Source: Octopus sinensis
Lineage: Eukaryota
DNA: 64,000 nt
Assembly: GCF_006345805.1 (NCBI RefSeq)
Contig: NC_042997.1
Span: 43,152,001 to 43,216,000 of the forward strand
Direction: 5' to 3'
Shown here piece by piece: positions 12,045-25,063 of this stretch. Position numbers and translations under genes: made by a program. The first letter of the stretch is position 1. Each line of letters starts with the position of its first letter. The notes below the pieces were generated by a model, which worked only from the letters and a program-made list of their open reading frames with translations, did no database searches and was not told the origin of the DNA.

Positions 12045-13547
12045 TGGATGATATTACCAAATGACAATGAGAAAAGAACAAATTTCCAAACTAAACTAAA
12101 TGCTGCTCTTACTGAGAATCTCCGTAGCAATAATGACATGAACAACGATGAAATGAACAATATTTTAACATCAGCTATCACAAAAACCGCAAGGGAAACA
12201 CGTGGCAAATGCAATCCTAACAGTAAAAACTCACCGTGGGTTTCAGAAGCCACATTAAAACCGATTGACAATCCCAATAATTTGAAGATGAAATACCTTA
12301 AACAGAATGATTCTCACCGAGACGTCATCAATACTGATCATTTAGTTTAAAGAGTCTGACAAGACAGGGAACGACACAGAGTAAGCATCTACAATAAAAT
12401 TGAATCCTTAGACATGACCCACCTACACAAAGTGGCTTGTAGAGCGGTGACGATGCTGAAGAAAGGAAACCGACAGCAAGTTATTCAACAAGTTTGTGAA
12501 CAAATACTTTGTAAAGTTGTTACCATGTAAGAGAACGAAAGCCGAAGAGTTATCATACTGCGACTTCGGTACCACAATGCACACGAAGTGTCCATCGAAA
12601 ATTTCGAGATGTTTGATCTGCCTGTCGCACTCAGATCACAGAGCAGCAAGTGCAAACCTCTGTCTAGTAAACGAATCGCTCAAATATGGAGTAGAAGCGC
12701 CCCAAATTACATTCATTAGCATATGCAACAATGTTCTCTTGACAAGTGTGCTGCCTAGTTAGTGGAAGTCATCAATCATAGTACCACTACCAAAGAAAGA
12801 TGATCTGTGACAACTGTCCACCTATTGGGGAATAAGTCTCATGAATTATGGCGCAAAGCTCTTTATAGGCTTCTGTTAAATCGCAAACGTGCAAAAATAA
12901 AGTGTCTACCTGAGTGGCTTTAGAAAGAACCGTAATTGCATTGAACAGATTCACCCGTTGAAGTGGTTAGTGGAGAGCTGCTTTGAGTAGTGTCTCTCAA
13001 TAGTTGCACACTTCATAGACTTTCGAAAAGGATTCGACTGCGTCAACAGAACCGCTATGTTTATGTTTCTTGAAAGGACAGGGATACCATCAAAGGTAAC
13101 ATCGGCAGTTAACTGTCTTTATGAACATCAAACAGCATATGTCCTTGTTAATGGGAAAATGGGAAACTCTCCTGGCTTCACACCCCAGAGTGGAATTCTG
13201 TAAGGTGATACCTTAGTACCTAATCTATTTTTGGTGGTTATAGATCACGTGATGAAAATTGCAGCCCATACAGAGGATGGAATTCGCATATCAGAGTCAC
13301 ATAAGTTGGCCTATCTCACATTTGCAGATGATATTGTTCTCTTTGCTCTGATCCTCATAGGAGCACAGGGTTACTTGGATTGTGTCATGCCAGAAGCAAA
13401 GACTGTGGGCCTAGAAATAAACGAATTGAAGACAAACTACCTCACCATTAATATAAACACAGATAAAACAACAGGCGTCCTTAGAAAATGGAAAGCAGCC
13501 ATCTGGGGTTGATAAATTTACTTACCTTGGGTCAACTGTAACTGATT

Positions 13548-13603
<56 letters not shown>

Positions 13604-14525
13604 CTTTCACAACCCAAACAGTGGTGTCTTAGCTAGAAGGAGAGCGACATGTGGAACAATATCGCAGCTTGAACACCAATGGTCGTCTGACATCAACCAA
13701 ACAACGAAGATAAAGATGTACAAAACTCGGATCTTTTCGGTTTGAACGGCAGTTTTTAACATAATTTCTAGGTAACTAAAAAATTTTAAACTTCGTATAC
13801 TAGTAGAATGTGTTTATAAAACATCTTTTTCTCTTGGGTTTATTGAGAAAATTCTATAGTTTGTAAGATATTTGTTGTTTTTTTTTCTTCAATTTCTGCA
13901 ATTTCAACCAATCACTGACGTCCATTGAGTTAAAAAGCATTCTGTGCCGTATGTATATGTCCCTCGTTTAAGAAACAGATTGGGTTTATTTACATTTGTG
14001 AAGAAAAAAAGATACCTTTCTCCCACCCCTAACCCTAACCCTAACCCTAACTAACCCTAAACCTAAAAGAGATTGAAATACAATAGATCGATTCTAGGGT
14101 CATAATTATGGGTGACAATTTCATATGACACCGCTAGAAAAAACTGCCGTTCAAACCGAAAAGATCCCAAAACTCTAATCTTCCAATTTTTACATATGGA
14201 TGCGAGACATGGTTAATTAATAAATAGGAATCGGCAAAGGGCCACGTTGAACACTTTTCACACAAGAAACCTGGGGAAAATTTATCAATCAAATATCCTA
14301 TAACGACCACGTTTCCAATGACACTCTGTACCAAATAGCTGACGATAAAGGACTGCCGGCTGAGATGGATTGGTCACCAACTGCGACGCCCACTCGTGGA
14401 AAGCAGGTGAGGAAACGACCAAGAACAACTTATCACCGTATGATTCGTGCAGACTGCAAGATGAAATACTCAATGAAATACTTCTAGCGGCTGAAGGTGG
14501 AAATGAGTGGAAAGCCTGAATAAAC
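12045..14525 (+). mobile_element. RTE-like LINE 3' part (reverse transcriptase), degraded
   Basis: WGISLMN, GFRKNRNCIEQI, FIDFRKGFD, GDTLVPNLF, FADDIVL and YGCETW motifs; interrupted by (CT)n and a MITE. Confidence 0.88.
13729..14167. mobile_element. GG-terminal MITE with 8-bp TSD (Merlin-like), carrying (CCCTAA)n
   Basis: 29-bp TIR GGATCTTTTCGGTTTGAACGGCAGTTTTT; TSD CAAAACTC at 13721-13728 and 14168-14175. Confidence 0.85.
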
Positions 14526-14557
14526 TATATCTGCCTATGATTGACTATACACTTTTC

Positions 14558-14971
14558 GGTACTAGTATCGTAGACTGGTCCCGGTTTGCGCACACGCGCA
14601 GGCGCGCGCCCGCGCTAGCCAGCCGTAGGTAGTCGATACTCGATCCTACGAGCTGACTGGCGCATGCGCGGTGCGCGATTCGCGCATGCGCGTTACAACC
14701 TCCCCCCACCCCGCAATTTTCACTAAGGAAAAATTTTTTTTTAAATTCGGATTTTATGTTTCTTATACCGGTTAAAAGGACACGATTAAAATATTCAACA
14801 TACATGGTCGTTCAGTTAGCCCCCCCCCCGCAATTTTCACTAAGGGTTGTAACGCGCATGCGCGAATCGCGCACCGCGCATGCGCTAGTCAGCTCGTAGG
14901 ATCGAGTATCGACTACCTACGTCTGGCTAGCGCGTGTGCGCAAACCGGGACCAGTCTACGATACTAGTACC
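14558..14971. mobile_element. GC-rich GG-terminal MITE with long TIRs and 8-bp TSD
   Basis: Arms 14558-14700 / 14845-14971; TSD CACTTTTC at 14550-14557 and 14972-14979. Confidence 0.9.
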
Positions 14972-15232
14972 CACTTTTCAGTCTATTATTCATATTTCTT
15001 TGTTGAATTTTGAATAATGAATATTAATTGATTGATTGTTAGATTTGGGGGTGGTTATACGTTTGCCAGTAACCACAGTTTGAGGGAGATGGTCCCGGTT
15101 GGCGCGCTCGGTGGTTGCCGCTTATTCACTGCGTGTCCCAAGTAAACACACTCTTTCGCTCACTCGATTTCATCGCTTCCCACCTCTATCCGATCTTATA
15201 CTACGTGTTTGGGCTGCGTATATTTTGTATAT

Positions 15233-15620
15233 GGAATGGAAGCACTCCGTCGGTTACGACGATGAGGGTTCCGGTTGATCCGAATCAACGGAACAGCCTG
15301 CTCGTGAAATTAACGTGTAAGTGGCTGAGCACTCCACAGACACGTGCACCCTTAACGTAGTTCTCGGAGATATTCAGCGTGACACAGAGAGTGACAAGGC
15401 CGGCCCTTTGAAATACAGGTACAACAGAAACAGGAAGTAAGAGTGAGAGAAAGTTGTGGTGAAAGAGTACAGCAGGGATCACCACCATCCCCTGCCGGAG
15501 CCTCGTGGAGCTTTTAGGTGTTTTCGCTCAATAAACACTCACAACGCCCGGTCTGGGAATCGAAACCGCGATCCTATGACCGCGAGTCCGCTGCCCTAAC
15601 CACTGGGCCATTGCGCCTCC
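15233..15620 (-). mobile_element. Full-length tRNA-derived SINE
   Basis: Head GGAGGCGCAATGGCCCAGTGGTTAGGG...GGTTTCGATTCCC (A and B boxes); 12-bp TSD TATTTTGTATAT; near-identical copy at 35922-36308. Confidence 0.92.
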
Positions 15621-15744
15621 TATTTTGTATATAGAGCGGACGATTAATTGGCAAAAAATGACAATCTCCAAATATAATATCTGTTTCAACACGTGATTGC
15701 ACATCTTGCAAAACATACATAAACGTAAATATCTATGTGTGTGC

Positions 15745-15747
<3 letters not shown>

Positions 15748-15817
<70 letters not shown>
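15748..15817. repeat. (GA)n microsatellite
   Basis: Directly visible. Confidence 0.97.
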
Positions 15818-15822
<5 letters not shown>

Positions 15823-16119
15823 AAATTTCTGAACTGAACAAACAAGTCAAACTACTTAGTGGCGTTCCGTGACGAAAAACAGAATCGCACCGGTGAATAC
15901 AATTTCCCATAGACATGCAAGTATCCGTGAGAAATTGAGAGAGTTTCACCTTTCTTTCTGTTTTCCTTCCTACCTTCCTACCTTCCTTCTTTCCATTCTT
16001 TCTTTCTTTTTTCTCTCTTTCTTTCGTCTGTCTTTTTTCAAGATTCCTCCTCCTTTCATCACACAGTCTCCCATTTTCACGTCTCAAACATGACTCATTA
16101 TTCCATACTCATCTTTAAG

Positions 16120-19100
16120 TTAATTAAGTCAATTTTTTGGCTCAAAAAGCAAAAATCAAGGCCATGTAGTGGGACATGGAGTTATGTACAGGGTGGTGTT
16201 CATGTAAAGAGTTCAGGCCACTTGAGGTCAAGGGAGGCTTTGAACAAAGCGGTCGTCGGCATCTTCACCATCTCGTCTGGCAGCTTGTTCCACGGATCCG
16301 CAATCCGGACGGAGAAAGCCCCTCTCCTTCGATTGAGATGAAATCGTCGCAGGTAGAGCTTTTTGGAGTGGCCCCGCAGCCGACGCTCTGGATCAGGAGT
16401 GAAGAACAGCTCTTTCGAGAGGTTACACTTTCCGCTTATGATGTGAGCAAAAATGAGATCACCACGGCGTTGTCGTTTTTCTAGAGAATAAAGGTCGAGC
16501 GTCTTCAGCCTTTCTTCATAAGACAAATGCTTGAGACCAAGAACCATGCGGGTAGCCAGCTTCTGGACTCTTTCGAGATGCTGTATGTCTTTGAGGAGAT
16601 AAGGAGAAGAGGCTTGAATCCCGTACTCCAATATGGGTCTCACCAGCGTGACATAGAGCGGTAGGAATATGGCTGCTGTGAGCATACCGAATGACCGTCG
16701 AATCAAAAACAGAACTCCGCGTGCTTTGTTGGCAGCACTGGGCCGAAGGCGAAAAGGAAGAATCCACCAAGATACCCAGGTCCTTTACCTGGTCGGTCTT
16801 CTCCAGCAGCAGACGACCCGGCTCGAAATCAAGTTGAGTTGCAGGAGAAGAGCCAACAGGCAGATGACAGCACTTTGACACGTTCAGACACAGGTCCCAT
16901 CTCCAAACTTGGTGGAGGCATCGACCAAGATCATCTATATCATCGCGAGGAGCGACCAGTTTGACATCATCGGCAAATAGAAGGGTGTGTTGCGTGAGGT
17001 CGTCGGGCAAGTCATTTATGAAGACTAAGAACAATAAGGGCCCAAGCGCTGAACCTTGAGGCTCGCACTGGAGACGTCGGACCGCGAACCATTAACTTAG
17101 ACTTGGAAGGAGTGATCTGAGAGGAAGGCACCAACCCATCGTACAATATCAGGATGGAAACTATATGCTTGAAGCTTGACAAGTAATAGGCGGCGGTTTA
17201 CCAAGTCAAAAGCTTTGGCAAAGTCCAATAAAACGATGTCAACAGCATCACCATCATCGAGGATACGCGTCACCAATTCTTCCATTACCAGTAAGTTGGT
17301 CAAGCATGATCCCTTCGGCACGAAGCCGTGTTGGGAATCAGAGATAGAGGCTGTGTTTTGGAGGTGGAGCATCATACTTTTCTTAAGGATGGTTTCGAAC
17401 ATCTTGCTGATTATTGAAGTAAGGGAAACCGGTCGGTAGTTAAGCGGGTCTTCACGGCTCCCTTTCTTGAAAATTGGGCAGATTATCGGTGTTCTCCAGT
17501 CTGCAGGTATAACACCCGTCGCCAATGACATATTGAATAGAAGTGTTAAAGGTTCGCAGATGACCGGAGCCAACGCTTTGATAACCTGTGGGTGTATGCC
17601 GTCAGGGCCGTGACCCTTGTTGACATCGAAGCCTTGAATAACGCGTTCGACTTCGTCCCGCGTGATGACCAATCTAGGCATTGGAGGTACCGATCTATCA
17701 AATGAAGGGGGTTCACGACCATCATCTTGTTTGAAAATTGTTGAAAAAGCCTCGGCAAATAATTGACTCTGTTGATAAGGGTCCTCAATCGATACGCCTG
17801 TTGAGTCTACCAACGTTGCAATTTGGTTGTTCAAGCGGGAATTCCGTTGGACATGGGCAAAGAAGGTTTTTGGATTGCGACTGGCGTTTGCCGCGATTTT
17901 GTATTCATATCTGAAGCGTTCTTCCTTTTCAATTTTCACGTCTTGGTCTCGTTGAGTTTTGTACACCTCAAAAGCTGCAGTCGAATCTAGATTTTTGAAT
18001 TCAGCCCAAGCAATATCTCGAAGTTCTCGTTTAACCTTTTTCGTCACCCAGGGCTTGTGTTTCTTTCTTCTTGGGAAGCCCAACGGGAACTACTTGGTCA
18101 GTCAACCAGATTACATATGCTTTGAGGGACGACCATAGTTCGTCAACTGAGGACATCGTCATCAGGGATCGCCAGTCCAGAAGCGCGGAAGCCTCGGTTA
18201 GAATTTCAAGATTGATTGCAGAGAAGACTCTACGTGGCAGCGAAATAGTCGTGGGCATAGAAAAAGTTGTGTGCATGACGAACTTCAGGACCTCATGATC
18301 ACTCTTGGCAAGAGGGGCGCACACAGATACGTCTGACACTGATCTTGGATAGCGGGAGAATACCAGATCCAGCATAGATGGCTGCTGCCCAGACCGATGC
18401 CTTGTCATATTCAACAGGTTGCGATAGAAAACAATCTTCAGCCACGTCAAGAAGGGCCTGGCCGAACCGGGATGATGTTGTACAAATTGATGCGGGCCAG
18501 CCGATCGTGGGAGCGTTGAAGTCTCCTAATATCAAACAGTCATGAGAAGCTGAAACGAATCTTATCGCTTCGAGTAAATGAGCATCGTCCTGGGGGTCGG
18601 CAAGAGGCGACCTGTAGACAGCTAACACGGGCAGGCAAAACCCGGATAGTCTCAGCTTGCAATAGACGGCTTCGAATTTTGTTGTAGGTTGAGTATTAGT
18701 GGGTAGAATACAGCTGGACGGTTTGAGATCAGATTTAACATACACAGCAACACCTCCACCTCGCCTTTTTTCCTCTGTCACATCTGAAGAGGGCGTAGCC
18801 CTGTAGGTGGATTTCCGAGTCCTTTACTGCTAGAGTCAGCCAAGTCTCGGTGATAGCTATCACATCTGGGAAATCACGCATGGCCAGTGTAAATAATTCG
18901 CTGAACTTTGGAAATAAGGAGCACGAGTTGGTGTAGACGATGCTGAGCTGTGAAGTTTGAGGTGCGGGAATTAGGGAACAAGCAGAATAAGGGGTATCAG
19001 AGAAAGCATCGTTGTCGGGGGTGTCTACTTTACTTCAATTCGCCCTCAATTCACTTTCCCTGTCAGCACTACAGCATGCGACCAGAGGTAGGACTTGATT

Positions 19101-19660
19101 ATTTGTCCATCTTGGATGCGTAAACCCTTCTCTCCCATCTGTTTTCTCATCTTCAGTTCTGATATTAGGTTTCTCCGGCGAATTATCTCTCTCAGTGAGT
19201 ATTCCTCGCAAAAGCCCATATTGGGGTCCTCCCAAGCATGCTTCTGAGCTCTGTTCAGAAAGGTTGAAGCCTCCTGATCGGAAGAAAAGATTACTCGTAT
19301 TGGGCGTGGTCTAGTGTCTGAGGTTGAGTTCGCTTGGAATCTTCCTAACCGAGCGACCTTATGGATACTGACATTTTCGTTGACAGAGAACAATTCTCCA
19401 ACTAAAACGGAAACAAAATTTATGTCATCTTTTAGGCGGTTTATGCCTGTATCACAAGTGGATTCAGCCTTACCATAAATGATTGCTGATCTTGAGTGGA
19501 AAAAATGGTCTTTCTGTTCTCTACTGTGAACTGCAGCATTCGATTCTTCATCGGATAATTTAGAAAGGGTGGTTTCATAGCCATCAAACTTATGTCGGCC
19601 TTTGGGGTCGATCGTAATGGGTTTAGTGGTCATAACTTTCCCGCCTGGTTTGAAACAGAG
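16120..19660 (-). mobile_element. Near full-length CR1-like LINE (ORF1 plus APE-RT ORF2), frameshifted
   Basis: ORF1 19046-19633 (RLG...RPIRVIF); APE motifs AITETWL, GDFNAP, LDLVF, SDH; RT motifs GPDGIH, NYRPVSLTS, QHGF, DFAKAFD, QGSALGP, FADD; C-terminal WNKLP. Confidence 0.93.
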
Positions 19661-20283
19661 ATAACATTATCTTTTAAAAAAATCCCTGTCCAAAGATTTC
19701 CACTAGGATAAAATTACTAGTTACTGTGAGATATTGCATTTTCCAGTCCCCACTAAAAAATTATTATTCTATAAGTATATCCAGTTGTCTTATTCCTCGA
19801 GGGAGTCATCCCGTGCATATTTTGTTTTTGGATTAACATGCAGTTTACCGTCGTAAAAAAGTAGAAATAAATTGGCCAAAAGCAAAATCCTGAAGTCAAG
19901 TTAGTTCACCTTCAAATAACTGTCGGTCTGGAAGATTCTAGAATCCGCCGTTTGGCGGGAAAACTTACATGTTTCCTGAAGTTACCGCCTCAACCATAAA
20001 TCAGTCAATCAGGGCTGATTGGTCAAATCATATTCTCGTAGGCGTTAATGCCTTTTAGGGCGACTCTTCCTTTTACGAAAATATATTAGGTTGTGATTCT
20101 AGACTGAGGAATTCCGAGAACTATGAATCTAAAGCAGGTTCTCGCTATAATTTCAAGAATGTTAGTTAACCTCTACGAAAGGAAAGCTGATCGTATGAGC
20201 TGTGATAATTATTGTAGTATCTTTTCGCCCGTAACTTTTCATGTGAGAGGAACGTTGTCCAAGATAAAAAAAAAAAAGTGAAC

Positions 20284-20658
20284 AGGCGCAGGAGTGGCTG
20301 TGTGGTAAGAAGCTTGCTAACCAACCACATGGTTCCGGGTTCAGTCCCACTGCGTGGCATCTTGAGCAAGTGTCTTCTGCTATAGCCCCGGGCCGACCAA
20401 TGCCTTGTGAGTGGATTTGGTAGACGGAAACTGAAAGAAGCCTGTCGTATATATGTATATATATATATATGAGTGTGTGTGTTTGTCCCCCTAGCATTGC
20501 TTGACAACTGATGCTGATGTGTTTACGTCCCCGTCACTTAGCGGTTCGGCAAAAGAGACCGATAGAATAAGTCCCGGGGTCGATTTGCTCGACTAAAGGC
20601 GGTGCTCCAGCATGGCCGCAGTCAAATGACTGAAACAAGTAAAAGAGTAAAAGAGTAA
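20284..20658 (+). mobile_element. tRNA-derived SINE with internal microsatellite
   Basis: Head AGGCGCAGGAGTGGCTGTGTGGTAAG...GGTTCAGTCCC and (AAGAGTA)n tail; copies at 25298, 44215, 58399 and 61540. Confidence 0.9.
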
Positions 20659-20699
20659 AGATTAGGAGGAATGACAGGTGTTACTGCGCCACCCCCACT

Positions 20700-21170
20700 G
20701 AAGTCCCATCTGCAACGCACTCCAAGTACCCATCGTCTGTGATGATCTTGGCGATCGTGAACAACGAAGGCTATGTCATGCTGTCTCACATTTCCCTTCA
20801 AGATCTTAGGGTCAGTTCGACAGCCTTCATTAGGACAATGGAGACGGTGATCAAGCCCTGGATAGAAAGAGTTGCTCGGAGGAAGCCGATGTATCCAGCA
20901 AAACCCTGCTCCCTCTTACACAGCCTGCATGACCCAGGAGTGGATAGCGAAAAATTTTCACTCTCCTGTTACACCTAACATTTGGCCTTCTAGCTCTCCC
21001 ATTTAAAACCCTCTGGTCTACTACGTTTGGGCGTTGTGAAAGGGAGACCAAATTCATGCTCACAATAATCACTGGTCACTGATGTCTCCTATTAGGGGAT
21101 GTATTGCTAATATAACTAAAGATTGCCTTATGAACGCATTTAGTAATTTCAGAAGTTGTATCTGGTAGTT
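20700..21170 (+). pseudogene. maT/DD37D-like Tc1/mariner transposase fragment
   Basis: VMILAIVNNEG, METVIKPWIERVA, QEW and PNIWPSSS...NPL.YYVW segments across frameshifts. Confidence 0.7.
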
Positions 21171-21372
21171 ATCGATGTCGATTGGAGCTTTGTTGAATAG
21201 ACTTTTACTATGTATATGTAAGAAAATTTGGCCTCAGCTCATCTCACACACACGCACATTGACAAATGACTATAACTAAATACATTTATCTTGTGTGTAT
21301 CCACTTCATACACTCATACACATACACAATTTAGTGACGGCTATGTATGACTGATTATTACTAGCATGAGAA

Positions 21373-21599
21373 GGCGGCGAGCTGGTAGAAACCTTAGCAC
21401 GCCGGGCGAAATGCGTAGCCGTATTTTGTCTGCCGTTACGTTCTGAGTTCAAATTCCGCCGAGGTCGACTTTACCTTTCATCCTTTCGGGGTCGATAAAG
21501 TACCAGTTTCGCATTGGGGTCAATGTAATTGACTTAATCCCTTTGTCTGTCCTTGTTTGTCCCCTCTTTGTTTAGCCCCTTGTGGGCAATAAAGAAATA
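21373..21599 (+). mobile_element. SINE, full length
   Basis: 16-bp TSD ATTACTAGCATGAGAA at 21357-21372 and 21600-21615; pol III-like head. Confidence 0.9.
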
Positions 21600-22070
21600 A
21601 TTACTAGCATGAGAATATCTGATACCTTTCATAGACGGCCGATGTCTTTATGTATTGGATGGTTCGCTGTCAGTAAATAAAAATTTTAGGACCGCGTGCA
21701 TTGTTTTATACTGTGTTTTATATGCTGTTGAAACGACCATGCTGTCAAAACTGTCTCCTCTCTTCCGCACGAACACTGCACTTATAATCACTTCATTTCA
21801 ACGTATCATTTTTAAGATGGTAGGATACACACACACACACATACACACACACACACACACACACGCACACACACACATATATATAGATCAATACAATAAG
21901 ATATTGTAATTATATATTAATATATTAAGCTATATTAAATACATTATAATTTAGATGGCTCGTTAGCAGTTAAAAACCAAAAAGGAATTAAAAAATAAGG
22001 GTGCAAAATAGCTCCGATGATTGCTAGAAATGATTTCCAGTAATGATTAGCATATCATTATAATATCTTC

Positions 22071-22865
22071 TCTCTATATTATAATTCTGAAATGCGAAAA
22101 GTTTGTTTGTTTGTCTGGTTTTGGCATTGAGAACGGGTTAAAGGCCACTAGATCCCGTCGGATTGACTCCAAAATTTACAGCGACATGTAAAATGAGGTG
22201 AGGATGCGAGTGGGCTAGGTTAGAAATCCCCATCTTAAAAGGTGTCGTTGCTAGGGCCAAAAACGCACTTTGAGAAGTCTACTCTCATTCTTTTGTGTCT
22301 GTCTTTCTCCATCTCTCACTCTCTTTCCTCCCTTCCTTTCACTTTCTATCTATAACGTCGTTTCACAGCGTCTACCTCCCTTCCCTTCACGTTCTCTTTA
22401 TAACGTCGTTTCACAGCGTCCTATATTCCCCCCTCCCCGCCGTCGACAGCGCTTTCACACACACTCTCTCTCTACATCTGTCTGCATTCATAGAGAGAAT
22501 TATCATCGCCACAACCATCACCACACAATCATGAGAACAAATATTATGAATCAGATATTTATTGGGTTAATTTATATATGTGTGTGTGTGTGTTCTATAT
22601 ATAAATATGTATATATAATGTATTTATACAAAGTGTATATATCTGTATTTATGTATATTAAACTTTTTAAAACTTTTTGATAGTTATATATATTTTTAAA
22701 AAATTATAAATATAAATTAATAATTTTAATTTTAAATTTAAATAATTTAAATTTAAAATTTTATACTTTATATATTTTGTATATTATATTTTTATTTTTA
22801 TGTTTTGGTTTATGTTTTTCACTGTTTGATTTGCCTAATAGTGGTTTTATCTCTAATTTATATAT

Positions 22866-22908
<43 letters not shown>

Positions 22909-23874
22909 ATACATTTGTATATATAATGCGTACACACACACATATATATATAATGCGTATATATATATATATATATATAATGTATGCATTATGTAGTCGG
23001 TTGTGCTGAAAATATGCACACCTATGTTAAAAGTGCTGGCGAGTTTGCATGGCAACTATTTTTTCTTCAAATGAAAGGCGTGGCCTCTAGGACAAAATTC
23101 CTCATCTTATAAAATGTGGCCCGAGTAGACCCGAATGAAATCGGGTTATATTAACCAAAATGTGAAAAGAGGTCTAAATGGGGCTTGAAGGGGATTAAAA
23201 TTTCCAGGAGCGGGTGTTTAGGAATTCTCTGTTAGATCAAGCTAAAAAAATTTGTGCCAGCCTTTAAATTGTCAATGTGTTGCCGTCCATGATGAAGAAG
23301 TTTTGAATGCTTGCCATGGTGAGTCTACTGTCGTGAGAAAGAATCACTTCAAAGCTTGGTGTTTAGGAATTTTCTTTTACATCAAGTTTAAATTTTTACG
23401 CCAGCCGTTAAACTGCCACTACGTTGCTGTCCGTCGTTAAGAAATGCCAGCCATGGTGACTCTACTATCCTCAGATTTTATCCCTTCAAACTTTGGTTTC
23501 CAATATTTTTTAAATTTTTATTCAGCTCGTAAGTTCGTCTATCCCCTTTAAATGTTAGTGTTTTGCTGTCTTCCTTGAAGCAGACCTTTCCGTTGTCACT
23601 GCCTGATATTTATGATTGATCCTTCAAAATATTTTCTTTCTCAACTTACTCAAGATCTTTTGTTGTTTATAAATGGGAGAGAGATAGAGAAAGATAGAGA
23701 GTAAGAGAAAGCGAGGGAAAGTCCGAGAGAAAGGAAGAGTAAGAGAGTGGGAAAGTGAGAGAGAAAGGAGAGAGAAACAAAGAGGGAGAATATGGTGATA
23801 AAAAACAGAAACGAAGCAACAGAAAGTAACAACCACACTCTTACCCGTGCGTAGAGCGGGCCACCTTTAGCTAG
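22071..23874 (+). mobile_element. Non-autonomous Helitron with microsatellite and tandem-repeat cargo
   Basis: The first ~400 bp and the 3' hairpin CCCG-TGCGTAGAG-CGGG plus CTAG|T match the element at 58885-60165. Confidence 0.75.
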
Positions 23875-24505
23875 TCTTATTGTATAGATAATATACACTT
23901 TAACCGTTTTGAATTTTAGCGCTTGCTTATCAACGGTCTCTTTTTCTCGTGAACTATTACGAGACAGGCTATCTCTTTAACCCTGAGTAGTGGTAGAGGC
24001 CTCTGACGAGAAACAAGATCCTTCTGATCAAATTTTGAGATTACGTGATAAGGCTTTGTCCAACTATTTCATCCTGTCAGTTTATCTCACAAGGGAAAGA
24101 TCGTTTAGCTTGCTGTGCCCGAATCCCGTAAATATCTTGAGGTTAGAGTTTTTAGTGGCTTTCTGAGTTAAATTTTGACTATGATTTCTACCAATCACCG
24201 GTGCTTGCAATGTTTCCCCAAAAAGGAGAATTATAATTGTCACTAAATGTGACTAGGGTGTTAAGAAACTCCTACATTGCTAGAAATAAGAGCTAAACCG
24301 CTCTAATGTTGTAGTTAACGCACATGGATGAAAGCATATGCACTAATAAGGACCATAACCGTCTGAAAAGTGCCGACCAAGAATTCTTTGATTGTAGGCC
24401 TCCAAAAAAGTATTAAATAGCTGAAGGATTAAAATTAATCAAAGGACACACTAGGTATGTCTACCTGCTGGAAATAACAGTCAAAACTCTTATTTAAATC
24501 GCCAA

Positions 24506-24900
24506 CATAAAAAGCACCATCCGAACGTGGACGATGCCAGCGCCGCCCCGACTGGCTTCTGTGCCGGTGGCACATAAAAAGCACCATCCGAACGTGGCCG
24601 TTGCCAGCGCCGCCCCGACTGGCTTCTGTGCCGGTGACACATAAAAAGCACCATCCGAACGTGGACGATGCCAGCGCCGCCCCGACTGGCTTCTGTGCCG
24701 GTGGCACATAAAAAGCACCATCCGAACGTGGCCGATGCCAGCGCCGCCCCGACTGGCTTCTGTGCCGGTGGCACATAAAAAGCACCATCCGAACGTGGCC
24801 GATGCCAGCGCCGCCCCGACTGGCTTCCGTGCCGGTGGCACGTTAAAAGCTCCAACCGATCGTGGCCGATGCCGGACCCCCCTGGCACCTGTGCAGGTGG
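24506..24900 (+). repeat. 67-bp GC-rich tandem repeat (5 near-identical units plus a degenerate one)
   Basis: Unit starts at 24506, 24573, 24640, 24707 and 24774. Confidence 0.97.
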
Positions 24901-25063
24901 CACGTAAAAAGCACCCACTACACTCACGGAGTGGTTGGCGTTAGGAAGGGCATCCAGCTGTAGAAACTCTGCCAGATCAGACTGGAGCCTGGTGCAGCCC
25001 CTGGCTTCCCAGACCCCAGTCGACCCGTCCAACCCGTGCTAGCGCGGAAAACGGACGTTAAAC

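Noticed and set aside
15540-15620. tRNA gene-like sequences at SINE heads (also 20284, 29740, 36230, 46139, 57335, 58740)
   Set aside because: A and B boxes run into SINE bodies with tails and TSDs; these are SINE heads, not tRNA genes.
18784-18801. CTGAAGA-GGGC-GTA-GCCC hairpin
   Set aside because: No GAAA follows; it is antisense to the CR1 endonuclease coding region.
24506-24900. Possible CRISPR-like array
   Set aside because: Units are contiguous and near-identical with no unique spacers, and the context is a eukaryotic retroposon.
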